Assembly: GCA_963713615.1 (NCBI GenBank)
Contig: CAVQMM010000001.1
Location: forward strand, 3,840,877-3,904,876
Direction: 5' to 3'
DNA: 64,000 bases
DNA from: an uncultured Chlamydiae bacterium
GTDB lineage: Bacteria > Chlamydiota > Chlamydiia > Chlamydiales > JAJFMA01
Position 1 is the first letter of the stretch; the number at the start of each line of letters is the position of its first letter. Under the pieces are notes generated by a model. The model saw only the letters and a program-made list of their open reading frames with translations. It searched no databases and was not told the DNA's origin. A program made the translations under genes and the position numbers. This document shows positions 11,084 to 20,426 of the stretch, piece by piece.

Positions 11084-12019
11084 TTATGCCTTCGCCTTGG
11101 GCTTGAGTACCACTAGATGATCATTTTCGAATATGACATCCCCCTTCAGAGTGATAGTATCAACGACGCTGGCGAGAATCGGACAGAGGTCCCGGCCAAC
11201 TTGTTCCGCTTCATGAGAGGGTCTCTCCACATCAATTAACAACTCCACATAGCAAAAATGCGGGTCATTTTGATCGGTGGCCAGGCCACCTTGAAAGACT
11301 GTGATCTTCGTATTTGGGTTGGCATCCAAGAGCACCACAGCCTTACCTTTGCGGGCCCATTGCGCCGATGCAGTCATTTTGGCCTGCCCACGTTCGTATA
11401 GGGTTTGACCTCTGGTAGCTTTATAGCCGTACAAACCTAGAATTTGCTCGATAGATAGGGGGGCCGTTTTGGCCATGAGTTCGGTCCAAACCCTTTTTGA
11501 TGCTCTAGAGGGTTTTCCGGGACCTAGGTAGGTAATATGAAGTGTTTCACCCTCATCATTCAAGCCTACCCAGGCTTGAGTAAAATGCACGTTGCCGATG
11601 TCACACTCTACTGCCATGACGGGAAGATTCGCCCAACGTTTGTATTCGATACGAATATTGCGTGCACCCATCATTTTAAAATTCATGATGTCGTGAGAAA
11701 AGCCCCCCTGAGTTGTTTGACTGATATTATCAGACAACCTCACCCACATCAGGCCCTTAGAAAAGTGAGCTCTTGCTTTGGCACCTTGCAAGTAGAAGTG
11801 ATTGATATCTTGTTTGGTACCCCAAAGGACTCCATCTTTGAGGTTAGGAGCTGTATCTGCGGTGTAGGGGGCGACGATGAAATCGGAGGGCAGGGCAAGC
11901 TCGACGGGCGGGGTGTGATCCAAACCTGGGAGGAAGAGCTGCACCTGGGGCTGAGAAATCGCCTGGCTGGCAAGGATGCAGAAGAGGGCGCTTAGTGCTC
12001 TAAGAGCAAAGCGATACAT
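11084..12019 (-). CDS. Hypothetical exported protein
   Basis: 311-aa ORF with a Sec-like signal peptide and GAGG RBS. Confidence 0.65.
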   Translation of the reverse strand: MYRFALRALSALFCILASQAISQPQVQLFLPGLDHTPPVELALPSDFIVAPYTADTAPNLKDGVLWGTKQDINHFYLQGAKARAHFSKGLMWVRLSDNISQTTQGGFSHDIMNFKMMGARNIRIEYKRWANLPVMAVECDIGNVHFTQAWVGLNDEGETLHITYLGPGKPSRASKRVWTELMAKTAPLSIEQILGLYGYKATRGQTLYERGQAKMTASAQWARKGKAVVLLDANPNTKITVFQGGLATDQNDPHFCYVELLIDVERPSHEAEQVGRDLCPILASVVDTITLKGDVIFENDHLVVLKPKAKA

Positions 12020-12085
12020 GGTTACCTCAGGGTTCGGTCTAAATGAGCGTTTAGACGCCTAGCCTCACCCTAACATGATATACCA

Positions 12086-12500
12086 TCATTTAACCAAGGA
12101 AAAAATCGGCCATCCCAGGGGATGGGATGGCCGAATATTACGGACTTTAGAAGCTTTAATTCTAGTGCGGGAAAATTCCAGTAGTTTCTTAGTTTGGGTA
12201 GCCAGCGCTAAATGATATAGAGCCATACAATAATAATGCGGATCGCTTACATTGGCTTGGGATTCTTCTGGCAATGTTCCCATGTAGAGAGAGCATATCT
12301 TTCACGAGTTTAGGATCATCAACAAGCATAAATTCACCGGCCGAGTTGTTTCTAGTCTCATCAGTGAATAGAGCTGCAAAATACTCAGACTCTAAGCTCA
12401 GAAAAATTTTGTGCACTGGAAATTCGACTGCTGAATGCCCGCTTCCAACCCTTAAGGTATAGTCTGTGAGAGACCTCTGGTAAGCAGGCGTGATAGACAC
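12086..12500 (-). pseudogene. BTB/POZ-domain gene remnant, frameshifted
   Basis: TDYTLRVG..FPVHKIFLSLESEYFAALF is BTB-like. It continues as (Y)MGTL..ALYHLA..KLLEF in another frame after a (CT)n run at about 12285-12294. No clean start. Confidence 0.65.
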
Positions 12501-12519
12501 ACGCCTGCTTACCAGAACT

Positions 12520-14607
12520 TTAGACAGTAAGGGTTGCTTTGCGACTGAGGCGCAGTTGTCCACGCTCATTGATGTCCAGCACCTTTACAGTGATCACTTC
12601 GCCTTCTCTAACCAAATCATGAAGGTCTTTGACTCGGTCGTTGCAGTATTCCGAGATGTGGCAGAGACCCTCTTTACCCGGGAGCACTTCCACAAACAAT
12701 CCAAATGGCACGATTGATGTGATCTTGCCGGTGTAGACCGCACCTACTTCAATCTCCGCAGTGAGACCGCGAATGATCGCTTTAGCACGTTCAATACCTT
12801 CCAGATTCGGGGAGGAAATACTAATTAGGCCAGTGTCGTCGATATCGATTTCGACGCCAGTCTGCTCGATGATGGCGCGGATCTGTTTGCCACCTGGGCC
12901 GATGACTTCGCCGATCTTGCTAGGCTTGATGCGCAACGTTTCGATACGAGGAGCGTGAGCAGGAAGGCCTTTAGGTTTGGGGCAGACTTCCAACATCTTC
13001 TTAAGGATGTGGATACGCCCTTCTTTAGCTTGCGCTAGCGCGGCTCGGATGATGTTGGGGTTAATCCCTTCGACCTTGATATCCATTTGGAAAGCGGTGA
13101 TACCATCTTGGTCTCCCGCTATCTTAAAGTCCATGTCGCCCAGAGCATCTTCGAGGCCCAGGATGTCAGACAGGATAGCAAAGTCCTCTCCCTCCAGAAT
13201 CAAGCCCATCGCGATACCAGAGACTGGACGCTTAATAGGAACGCCGGCATCCATCATGGCCAAGCATGCGCCGCAGACAGAAGCCATGGATGAAGAACCA
13301 TTGGATTCTGTGATATTGGATTCCACGCGAACGATATAAGGGAATTCCTCTGAGGAAGGAAGTGCAGCCATCAGAGCACGTTCGGCAAGCTTACCATGTC
13401 CCACTTCGCGTCGGCCTGGGGCGCCCACGCGGCCAACTTCACCTACGCTGAAGGGCGGGAATGAATATTGCAGGTAGAAACGATGCGACCCTTCGCCGTC
13501 GAGGGTTTCAAAGCGCTGAGCCATGCTGGCTCCGCCCAGAGTACACACCGCCATGGCTTGCGTTTCACCGCGAGTGAACAGGCTGCAACCATGTGTACGA
13601 GGTAAGAGACTCAGCTCAATGTCAATATTTCGGATGTCTTTCGTGCTGCGACCGTCACTGCGCAGACCCTCTTTTAGGATCATTTTACGGAGGATGGATG
13701 ACTGCAGTTCTTTGAAAGCCTTGGTAACTTCCATCGGCTTGTGCTTGGGCTTCACTTCGCCTTCTGGTAGAAGAGCCTCAACAACGGCTTGCTTGATTTC
13801 TGCCACGGCGTTTTCGCGCTCTTGCTTTTTAGGAATACGCAAGACGGCTTCCAAGCGTGTTTTGGCGTGAGTGGCTACAGCATCATGCGTTTCTTTGGCG
13901 GGCTTTTCAATAACACCTTTTTTAGGCTTGCCGATTTGTTCGCGCCATGCGGTAAGGGCATGACAGATTGTCTTAATCGCTTCATGACCCGCATCAATTG
14001 CTGCAATGACTTGCTCTTCAGTTAAAAAGTCGCAATAGCCCTCGATCATTAAAACAGCGTCTTCCGTTCCAGCAATCATGAGGTCTAACTGCGATTTTGC
14101 CTGCTTCTCGGGAGAAGGGTTGATGACAAACTTACCATCGATCATACCGACTTGAACAGCGCCGATAGGTTTAATCAGAGGAATATCAGAAATCACTAAG
14201 GCAGCTGAGGCCCCGCAGATCGCCAAAGGAGCGGTGTTAACCGTACCATCAAACGACCATACATAGGAAAGAAGCTGCACGTCATGGTGGTAGCCCTCGG
14301 GGAACATCGGACGAATCGGGCGGTCGATGAGGCGGCATGTTAAAGTCTCACGCTCTGTTGGCCGACCTTCTCGTTTAAAGAAACCACCAACAGTTTTACC
14401 GGCGGAGGAGAATTTTTCTTGATAATCGACCCGAAGAGGAAGGAAATCGCAGTCGGGTGTCGGTTCGGGGGCTGCACAAGCTGTGTTGAATAATACAGTT
14501 TCATTGCAGCGAAGTAGGACCGCGCCGTTAGCTTGCCGTGCGATTTTTCCAGTCTCAAAATAGAGCTCGGTGTCGCCGACTTGCAGGGTAAAGGTATGAC
14601 GTTGCAT
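12520..14607 (-). CDS. pnp: Polyribonucleotide nucleotidyltransferase
   Basis: FETGKIARQANG, RLIDRPIRP, ESNGSSSMASVC and DMDFK motifs; KH and S1 domains. Confidence 0.98.
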   Translation of the reverse strand: MQRHTFTLQVGDTELYFETGKIARQANGAVLLRCNETVLFNTACAAPEPTPDCDFLPLRVDYQEKFSSAGKTVGGFFKREGRPTERETLTCRLIDRPIRPMFPEGYHHDVQLLSYVWSFDGTVNTAPLAICGASAALVISDIPLIKPIGAVQVGMIDGKFVINPSPEKQAKSQLDLMIAGTEDAVLMIEGYCDFLTEEQVIAAIDAGHEAIKTICHALTAWREQIGKPKKGVIEKPAKETHDAVATHAKTRLEAVLRIPKKQERENAVAEIKQAVVEALLPEGEVKPKHKPMEVTKAFKELQSSILRKMILKEGLRSDGRSTKDIRNIDIELSLLPRTHGCSLFTRGETQAMAVCTLGGASMAQRFETLDGEGSHRFYLQYSFPPFSVGEVGRVGAPGRREVGHGKLAERALMAALPSSEEFPYIVRVESNITESNGSSSMASVCGACLAMMDAGVPIKRPVSGIAMGLILEGEDFAILSDILGLEDALGDMDFKIAGDQDGITAFQMDIKVEGINPNIIRAALAQAKEGRIHILKKMLEVCPKPKGLPAHAPRIETLRIKPSKIGEVIGPGGKQIRAIIEQTGVEIDIDDTGLISISSPNLEGIERAKAIIRGLTAEIEVGAVYTGKITSIVPFGLFVEVLPGKEGLCHISEYCNDRVKDLHDLVREGEVITVKVLDINERGQLRLSRKATLTV

Positions 14608-14875
14608 TAAAAATAGCTCCTCATTGTCGTAATAGAAATCATTGTCTTGACAGGAGGAGAGGTGTGAGCGACGGGCTAGGAAAGGCCTATGTCCTAGGAC
14701 CTAAGGGGCTAACTCCCCTCTTCCATAAGAGTCTATGACACATATAGTGTCAGCGGTAGAGGCTCTAAGAGAAGCTACGAGAAATAGAATTCAGAAAGCG
14801 CCATTTGAAAGCTTATATAAAGCTCGCCTCAAAGGGAGTTCTCTGACTTCTATGTCTGACGACTCTTGTCCTCGC

Positions 14876-14910
14876 AAAAAACGGAAGGCAGTTGCACCTG
14901 CAACTGCCCC
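14876..14910 (-). terminator. Probable intrinsic terminator / hairpin after rpsO
   Basis: GGCAGTTGC-AGGT-GCAACTGCC stem followed by TTCCGTTTTTT on the minus strand. Confidence 0.65.
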
Positions 14911-14919
14911 TGAAGTCTT

Positions 14920-15189
14920 CTATCTTCTAAGGTTGAGCTTTTTAATCAAAGCTTGGTACCGCTTAGTATCTGTTGAATTGAGATAATCCAACAAACGTCT
15001 ACGCTGTCCCACCAACTTTAGAAGCGCTAGCCGGGATGCGTGATCCTTGGGCGAACGTTTCAAGTGTTCCGTTAGCTCTGCTATTCTCTCAGTGAGAATC
15101 GCGATCTGGACATCGGCAGAACCGGTATCCTTCTCATGAAGCTGGAACTTCTTGGTGATCTCTTCTTTAGTTCCTTTATCTAATGACAT
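14920..15189 (-). CDS. rpsO: 30S ribosomal protein S15
   Basis: [13 protein letters not shown] and [20 protein letters not shown]; start at MSLDKG. Confidence 0.97.
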   Translation of the reverse strand: MSLDKGTKEEITKKFQLHEKDTGSADVQIAILTERIAELTEHLKRSPKDHASRLALLKLVGQRRRLLDYLNSTDTKRYQALIKKLNLRR

Positions 15190-15363
15190 CCAACGCACCC
15201 CCCTCGTTGCTTTATCGAAAGTGGCGATTAATCTTAAGGTCTTGCAATTTAAAACACGATCATACCACGTGGCCGAATTATTAATCAAGCGTAAAGAGTG
15301 CGCTAAGGTTCGATTTTTTGCCTTAGGCAGATCAAAACACCTTCCAAGTGGCTAGGAACGGCA

Positions 15364-15648
15364 TTATACCTTAGTATCAAGAATAATCTCAATATGTGGT
15401 GGATATTTTCCATAGGTATCGCGCCGCACCACAACTCTAAACGGAACTGTGATATGACCCAGGTACTTCTCCATCATCAGCTCGTCATAGACTTTCTGCT
15501 TTAATTCTTCACTGACGGGTTCACCACGGTATTTTCGGAGGAGTTTCTTAATATACTCCTGTTCCTTGTCTACCAGAATGTGTGATCCGTAGAAGGGTTG
15601 CTCATGTATGTCTGTGTGGCTGGTCATGGATTTATCCTGTTTTCCCAT
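15364..15648 (-). CDS. Conserved hypothetical protein
   Basis: 94-aa ORF with normal composition and no competing ORF. Confidence 0.6.
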   Translation of the reverse strand: MGKQDKSMTSHTDIHEQPFYGSHILVDKEQEYIKKLLRKYRGEPVSEELKQKVYDELMMEKYLGHITVPFRVVVRRDTYGKYPPHIEIILDTKV

Positions 15649-15673
15649 ATGCTGTGACGATAGCAGATTCGCT

Positions 15674-15762
15674 GGTTCATGTCACTTTTTAGAAGTGACA
15701 CGAACCGTTGCTAAATCCGCGTGCATTCGTGTTGCTTCTAAAAAGTGACACGAACCGTTTCT
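15674..15762. repeat. Two tandem hairpins with a 50-bp period
   Basis: AAGTGACACGAACCGTT at 15693 and 15743, each preceded by a complementary arm (GGTTCATGTCACTT; TTCGTGTTGCTT). Confidence 0.7.
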
Positions 15763-15829
15763 AGCCATTCTTTGCACGTGGCATCTTTGCGTTAAAGGAG
15801 CGATCTGGTAGATTTCTGAGTTTAATCCA

Positions 15830-16531
15830 ATGTTTACAGGCGGTTTGATGATGAAAGACAGTACCTTTGCCGATAAGTTCACAGTATTGAGTCCCTGGAT
15901 GTCCCGGTTGACTACGTCGATTAAGGGGGACTTGAAGAGGGAGCACCTAAAGCGAGAGCCGGCTTTTGTGAAGGCGCATTTCTCAACCAAGGATGTTAAC
16001 CGCATCGGAGCGGATGAGTTGACTGTAGTCTATACAAAGGTGTTAAGCAGTGCAGATGCAGAAGCTACTGGAGAGCTGGTCACAAATATTTGGTTGTTGA
16101 AACATGGGGAGATTTATCGCTACTTCGAGACTGAGTTAAGTAAGTTGGCTAGCGACTTCACGACTTTGGAGAGCATTTCTGATGATAAAGGTCAGCCGAT
16201 TATCGATGGTGGGGTTAGGGAGTTTGGAGCGATCGATACCTATCTCTTTGCCGTATTGAATTCGGTTGTCTTTACGAATGCTATTTATGAGAAACTCAGA
16301 AAATTAGCGGAGGAAGAATCTGCGCAGACGACTAAGGAGCCTTCGAAGTCGACGACTTCAGATGAAGCGAGTACCAAGAATCATGAACGTGAAATCGCTA
16401 GACTTCACGAAAAATATGAGAAGAAGTTGGCGGGTCTGCAGCAAAAATACCTTCACGATATCGACATCTTTAAAAAAGAGGTAGCTCGTCTGCGGCAAAA
16501 ACTGGCTGAAGTTTCAGTCGAGAGACGCTAG
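15830..16531 (+). CDS. Conserved hypothetical protein with C-terminal coiled coil
   Basis: 233-aa ORF coupled to tadA; C-terminal YEKKLAGLQQKY heptads; true start may be 15848 or 15851. Confidence 0.7.
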   Translation: MFTGGLMMKDSTFADKFTVLSPWMSRLTTSIKGDLKREHLKREPAFVKAHFSTKDVNRIGADELTVVYTKVLSSADAEATGELVTNIWLLKHGEIYRYFETELSKLASDFTTLESISDDKGQPIIDGGVREFGAIDTYLFAVLNSVVFTNAIYEKLRKLAEEESAQTTKEPSKSTTSDEASTKNHEREIARLHEKYEKKLAGLQQKYLHDIDIFKKEVARLRQKLAEVSVERR

Positions 16532-16534
16532 ACG

Positions 16535-17053
16535 ATGGCGGACCCTTTTCCTTTCTCCATTTCGGCAAAAAGCGACGACGAGCGCTTCATGTTAGAAGCT
16601 CTGAAGCAGGCGTGGAAGGCTCAGCAGGCAGGCGAAGTGCCCGTCGGTGCAGTGTTGGTTCATGAGGGGCGTGTCGTTGCGCGTGGATATAATCAGGTGG
16701 AATTGCTTCAGGACGCTACTGCACATGCTGAAATGCTGTGTCTCACCGCCGGAGCTGCCACATTTGGACAATGGCGATTGGCTGATACTACCTTATACTG
16801 CACGATTGAGCCATGCAGTATGTGCGCAGGAGCGGTGCTATTATCGCGCGTTCCAATCGTTGTGTGGGGAGCCCCCGACGTGCGTCATGGTGCTAACGGC
16901 AGTTGGGTCGACCTTTTTATCAAACAGCACCCTACGCATTCTGTGACGGTACGAAGGGGCGTTTTGGAAGAATATGCAGCTACACTCCTCCGAGAGTTCT
17001 TTCAAAAACGTCGTTTGGAAAACAAGCAGAAGAAGGAAATACTGGATGAGTGA
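16535..17053 (+). CDS. tadA: tRNA adenosine(34) deaminase
   Basis: EVPVGAV, HAE and EPCSMC zinc motifs. Confidence 0.93.
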   Translation: MADPFPFSISAKSDDERFMLEALKQAWKAQQAGEVPVGAVLVHEGRVVARGYNQVELLQDATAHAEMLCLTAGAATFGQWRLADTTLYCTIEPCSMCAGAVLLSRVPIVVWGAPDVRHGANGSWVDLFIKQHPTHSVTVRRGVLEEYAATLLREFFQKRRLENKQKKEILDE

Positions 17054-17282
17054 CACCTGGTTGGCGACTGAAGAGCTGATCAATGAAGTTGTAGAAGGAC
17101 AAAGGCAACGCTTGCTACATCTAGGACGACAAATCATACCAACCCTAACACCAGAAGATATTCTACAACCTAATGACTACCCAGAGCTCGAAAATAACCC
17201 CGTTTTTCGTTATGAAGAAGGGCTTTTAGCGGGTATGCAGGCCATTCATATGGCTTTAAGGGCGCACGAGATGTGTCAGTAG
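17046..17282 (+). CDS. Small conserved chlamydial hypothetical protein
   Basis: ATG overlaps the tadA stop; contains TPEDILQPNDYPELENNPVFRYEEG. Confidence 0.7.
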   Translation: MSDTWLATEELINEVVEGQRQRLLHLGRQIIPTLTPEDILQPNDYPELENNPVFRYEEGLLAGMQAIHMALRAHEMCQ

Positions 17283-17290
17283 CGTCTAAA

Positions 17291-17847
17291 GGACCAAAGG
17301 GACATAAAAGACATAAAGAGGTAATTGCAGAAGTTCGGTTTCTCGAAGTCAATTTTCGAGAATCGGATGCCAGTGAAAGAAGGGTCGATACTGCAACAGA
17401 CCATGGCATCGCCACATAGGCCTCAACCTAAGCCCTCACAATCGTATCTCGGCGCGCAGCGCTTTGGAGTGCGTGTCGCTCGCGACCGCTTTGGATTTGG
17501 GTGAACTAGGCATTGCAAGAAACGTAACCTTTCGCTCTAGGGGTAACTGTGGGGGTTTAAGCCTCTAAAGAACGGTGCGCGATTCAATAGGCTCGCCCAA
17601 ATCCAAAGCGGTCGCGAGCGACACGCACTCCAAAGCGCTGCGCGCCGAGATACGATTGTGAGGGCTTAGGTTGAGGCCGATGTGGCGATGCCATGGCCTG
17701 TTGCAATATCGACCCTCGGGCCTGGGAATCGATTCTCAAAGGCTCAAATAATTCTGCAATTACCTCTTTTAGTTGGAGGGGAAGATGTGTTCAAAAAATG
17801 TGCAAAGTCCAGCTTTATGTCCTTTCCGTCGCTTTGGGCCTTTGGTC
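17291..17847. repeat. Nested palindromic element family A, copy A2 (core a, all layers)
   Basis: GGAC-rich flank > GAGGTAATTGC..GCAATTACCTC > GGGTCGATA..TATCGACCC > TAGGCCTCAACCTAA..TTAGGTTGAGGCC > GGAGTGCG arms > core a. Confidence 0.92.
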
Positions 17848-17873
17848 AGTCCACAAACGATACGAAATCGTTA

Positions 17874-18548
17874 TTACAGCGACTCGGTATTAAAGATGGT
17901 GAGGATTTGCGCAAGTTCCTCTTCGAAGTCTATCAAAGCAGCATTCAGAAGATGTTCACGCCTGCTTGCGTCGAACGATGAACTGCTTGTAAGATGCGTG
18001 AGCATGCCAACGGCTTTATGGTGGGCTTCTATTAGGTCTTCTTTGCAATGTAAAAACCGAGAACGCAGGCTGTTGAGCTGCGGATTGTGATTTAGATGTG
18101 GTGACAACACCGAGGCTCCTAAGGCGGCAAGTTTGGAGCGATAGAGGCCAGTAAGACGCTTTTTTGCCGCATGCCATAAGTGGAAGACTGCTTCCGTCTC
18201 AGTTTTGATGTATGCACCCACAACAATAGAAGCTATTCCGATGAAACCAGCAAACGCACCCACCAGACCTTTGAGGATCCAGCAATACATGGGGTACAAA
18301 TTGGTCAACACCCAGTGTGGCTGTCGCAAGAAAATAACCGCACTCAAAATAAGCAACAGAGCACCGAGATGAAAAAAAACGAGCCGGTAGAATGTCGCTT
18401 TTCGCTTTCGCGCCGTATAGGGCTTGCGCTTTTCGTGGAGATTAGTCTGAAATTCACCGCGCAATTGGATTAAGGAAGTCAAACGCACTTCCTTCTGGTC
18501 CTTTTCCGAGTCTCCTGATCTATTCATCCATGTCGAAAAAGCCTGCAT
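17874..18548 (-). CDS. Hypothetical membrane protein (two TM segments)
   Basis: 224-aa ORF with a bilobed hydrophobic region and GAGG RBS. Confidence 0.7.
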   Translation of the reverse strand: MQAFSTWMNRSGDSEKDQKEVRLTSLIQLRGEFQTNLHEKRKPYTARKRKATFYRLVFFHLGALLLILSAVIFLRQPHWVLTNLYPMYCWILKGLVGAFAGFIGIASIVVGAYIKTETEAVFHLWHAAKKRLTGLYRSKLAALGASVLSPHLNHNPQLNSLRSRFLHCKEDLIEAHHKAVGMLTHLTSSSSFDASRREHLLNAALIDFEEELAQILTIFNTESL

Positions 18549-18647
18549 AAAAACCTCTCTCTTAGCCTAACCCAGTATATTTAAATTCAAATGGATTTGA
18601 CAGATTAAATACCAACATTATAGGTCAGGTGAATAATTTTAGTATAT

Positions 18648-18680
18648 AAAAAAACGGCGTGCCTAGGCAGACACACCGTC
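18648..18680 (-). terminator. Intrinsic terminator
   Basis: ACGGUGUGUCU-loop-AGGCACGCCGU-UUUUUU; full pairing (with G:U) works only on the minus strand. Confidence 0.75.
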
Positions 18681-18810
18681 CCTGCTGGTAGGTATCAGCT
18701 ACAGTCCAACGGGAGACATTGACCGAGGCTGGCAGGAAAAAATGCAATCTTTTGTGTCCGAGAAAATCGGTTCAGATCAGATTCTGAATAAAAGAGGATT
18801 TACACTTTCT
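18648..18810 (-). ncRNA. Candidate small RNA or attenuated leader (about 160 nt)
   Basis: Lies between a TTGCAA-17-TATATT promoter and a GU-containing terminator hairpin with a T7 tract; no ORF. Confidence 0.4.
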
Positions 18811-18815
18811 TAATG

Positions 18816-18844
18816 AATATAATATAGTGAGTGATTTGTTGCAA
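18816..18844 (-). promoter_or_regulatory. Sigma66/70-type promoter
   Basis: TTGCAA-N17-TATATT on the minus strand. Confidence 0.55.
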
Positions 18845-18887
18845 ACATAAAATCAATATGGAATGCTATTTTATTAGGCTTGGCGAA

Positions 18888-19781
18888 TTAGTCACGTTTT
18901 TTACTTTTTGAGATACGTGCTAATCTGCGCCTTTCACGCCAGGTCAGAGACTTTTCACCCTGTGCTGAGATCTTTGTAAGCATGGCTTCAAGAAAGTCAT
19001 CATCATTTTGAGCCGGAGCTCTACCCCAAAGGTCGACGATTTTGGAAGATGAGCGCTGTCTTGCGCGCAATTTGGTACCGAGCTGATTAAGTTTGGCGTC
19101 AAGATGCTGAGAGAACGCGAAGGGGCTATTAAGTTCCCAAGCGATGGTGGCATAAAGATACCCCGTGCCTGCCGCTGCGAGGTTAAAGACCAGATTAAAT
19201 ACATCCAGTTGAGCTAAAGCCACAAAAAGAACGATGGCCAGATAGCCAAAGATGAGCCACCGAACTTTTACCGGGATGGTAAGAAACAACAACATCTGCA
19301 TATCGGGATATAGCATAGCCCAGACGACAAGTACGGCCAAAATGGGCGCAGTTGCACCGGCTAAGGGAATGTGCACCTCGGTGATAGCCATAAGAAATAG
19401 GACCGCCACACCGGTTACAATGCCGCTAGTAAGGTAGAGATGAAGAAAGGGGCGCTCTCCAACCCTTTCCAGTACTGCAGTGCCAGCAATCCACAGCAGG
19501 TACATTTCAAAGATGACAGTCAGTATTAAGCCAAAGGTTACCCCAAGCCCAAAGGTTGGGGTGATAAAGAAATAGGTGAGCGGTTGCCAGATCAACCCAT
19601 GCGTAACTCCCCAGTAAGAGAGACTCAGTAGGCCTTCTAGCCCTGGCAGCCCTGTCAAATGCCTAAATACTCTGTCTAATAGAGCGGCCGTGAGACTAGT
19701 CACGGCCGTGATAATGATCAGTATTCGGATGGTCTTCGGTGTCAGGGTTGGTCCAAATTGCTCGAGCAGGCTTGATCTCAT
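18888..19781 (-). CDS. Rhomboid-like intramembrane protein
   Basis: IWQPLTYFF, LAGATAP at the GxSG position, FLTIPVKVRW, and a C-terminal LTKISAQGEKSLT tail. The catalytic Ser/His appear substituted. Confidence 0.75.
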   Translation of the reverse strand: MRSSLLEQFGPTLTPKTIRILIIITAVTSLTAALLDRVFRHLTGLPGLEGLLSLSYWGVTHGLIWQPLTYFFITPTFGLGVTFGLILTVIFEMYLLWIAGTAVLERVGERPFLHLYLTSGIVTGVAVLFLMAITEVHIPLAGATAPILAVLVVWAMLYPDMQMLLFLTIPVKVRWLIFGYLAIVLFVALAQLDVFNLVFNLAAAGTGYLYATIAWELNSPFAFSQHLDAKLNQLGTKLRARQRSSSKIVDLWGRAPAQNDDDFLEAMLTKISAQGEKSLTWRERRRLARISKSKKRD

Positions 19782-19871
19782 GATAATCCTTGCGTTGTTG
19801 ATGGCATTTTTTCACAGATGAGCACTACAGACAACACATTTTTCATGAAACTCATTCAGCTAAAGAGGCTT

Positions 19872-19935
19872 CTTCGTGCCCGTGTGCTTGCCCTTGCCCC
19901 TGCCCGATGTCATCCTCCCTATTCTGCCCCCTTCC
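19872..19935. repeat. Family C half-element
   Basis: TTCGTGCCC..CCCCTGCCCGATGTCATCCTCCCTATTC matches the arm at 24700-24770. Confidence 0.7.
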
Positions 19936-19995
19936 TTCCTTTTGTTACGAATTTGTAACCCCACTAACGCCTTGTTACTTGGAAGTGCATTTTCG

Positions 19996-20383
19996 GGTTC
20001 TTGGGAAAAATTGGGGGCGCTTTGGAATCACAATCGTCACTCGACGCGCAGCGCTTTGGAGTCATAGGCATCAACTTAAGCAACTAACTGCGCCCTCACA
20101 ATCGTATCTCGGCGCGCAGCGCTTTGGAGTGCGCGTCGCTCGCGACCGCTTTGGATTTGGGCGAGCCTATTGAATCGCGCACCGTTCTATGGAGGCTGCC
20201 CCCCCCCCACAGTTACCCCTAGAGAGAAGGGTTACGTTTCTTGCAATGCCAACTTCGCCCAAATCCAAAGCGGTCGCGAGCGACGCGCACTCCAAAGCGC
20301 TTCGCGCCGACTGACGATTATGACCCCAAAGCACCCCCAATTCTTCCCAAGAACCCATTTTCGTCGCTTTGGTCCTTTAGTCC
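19996..20383. repeat. Nested palindromic element family A, copy A3 (core a reversed, different outer shell)
   Basis: GGAGTGCG arms and core a lie inside a GGTTCTTGGGAA..TTCCCAAGAACC shell; an extra partial arm is at about 20045. Confidence 0.88.
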
Positions 20384-20426
20384 ATCTAAGAGCACCGCAC
20401 TTCTTCACAAGAACCATTCTTCTTAC

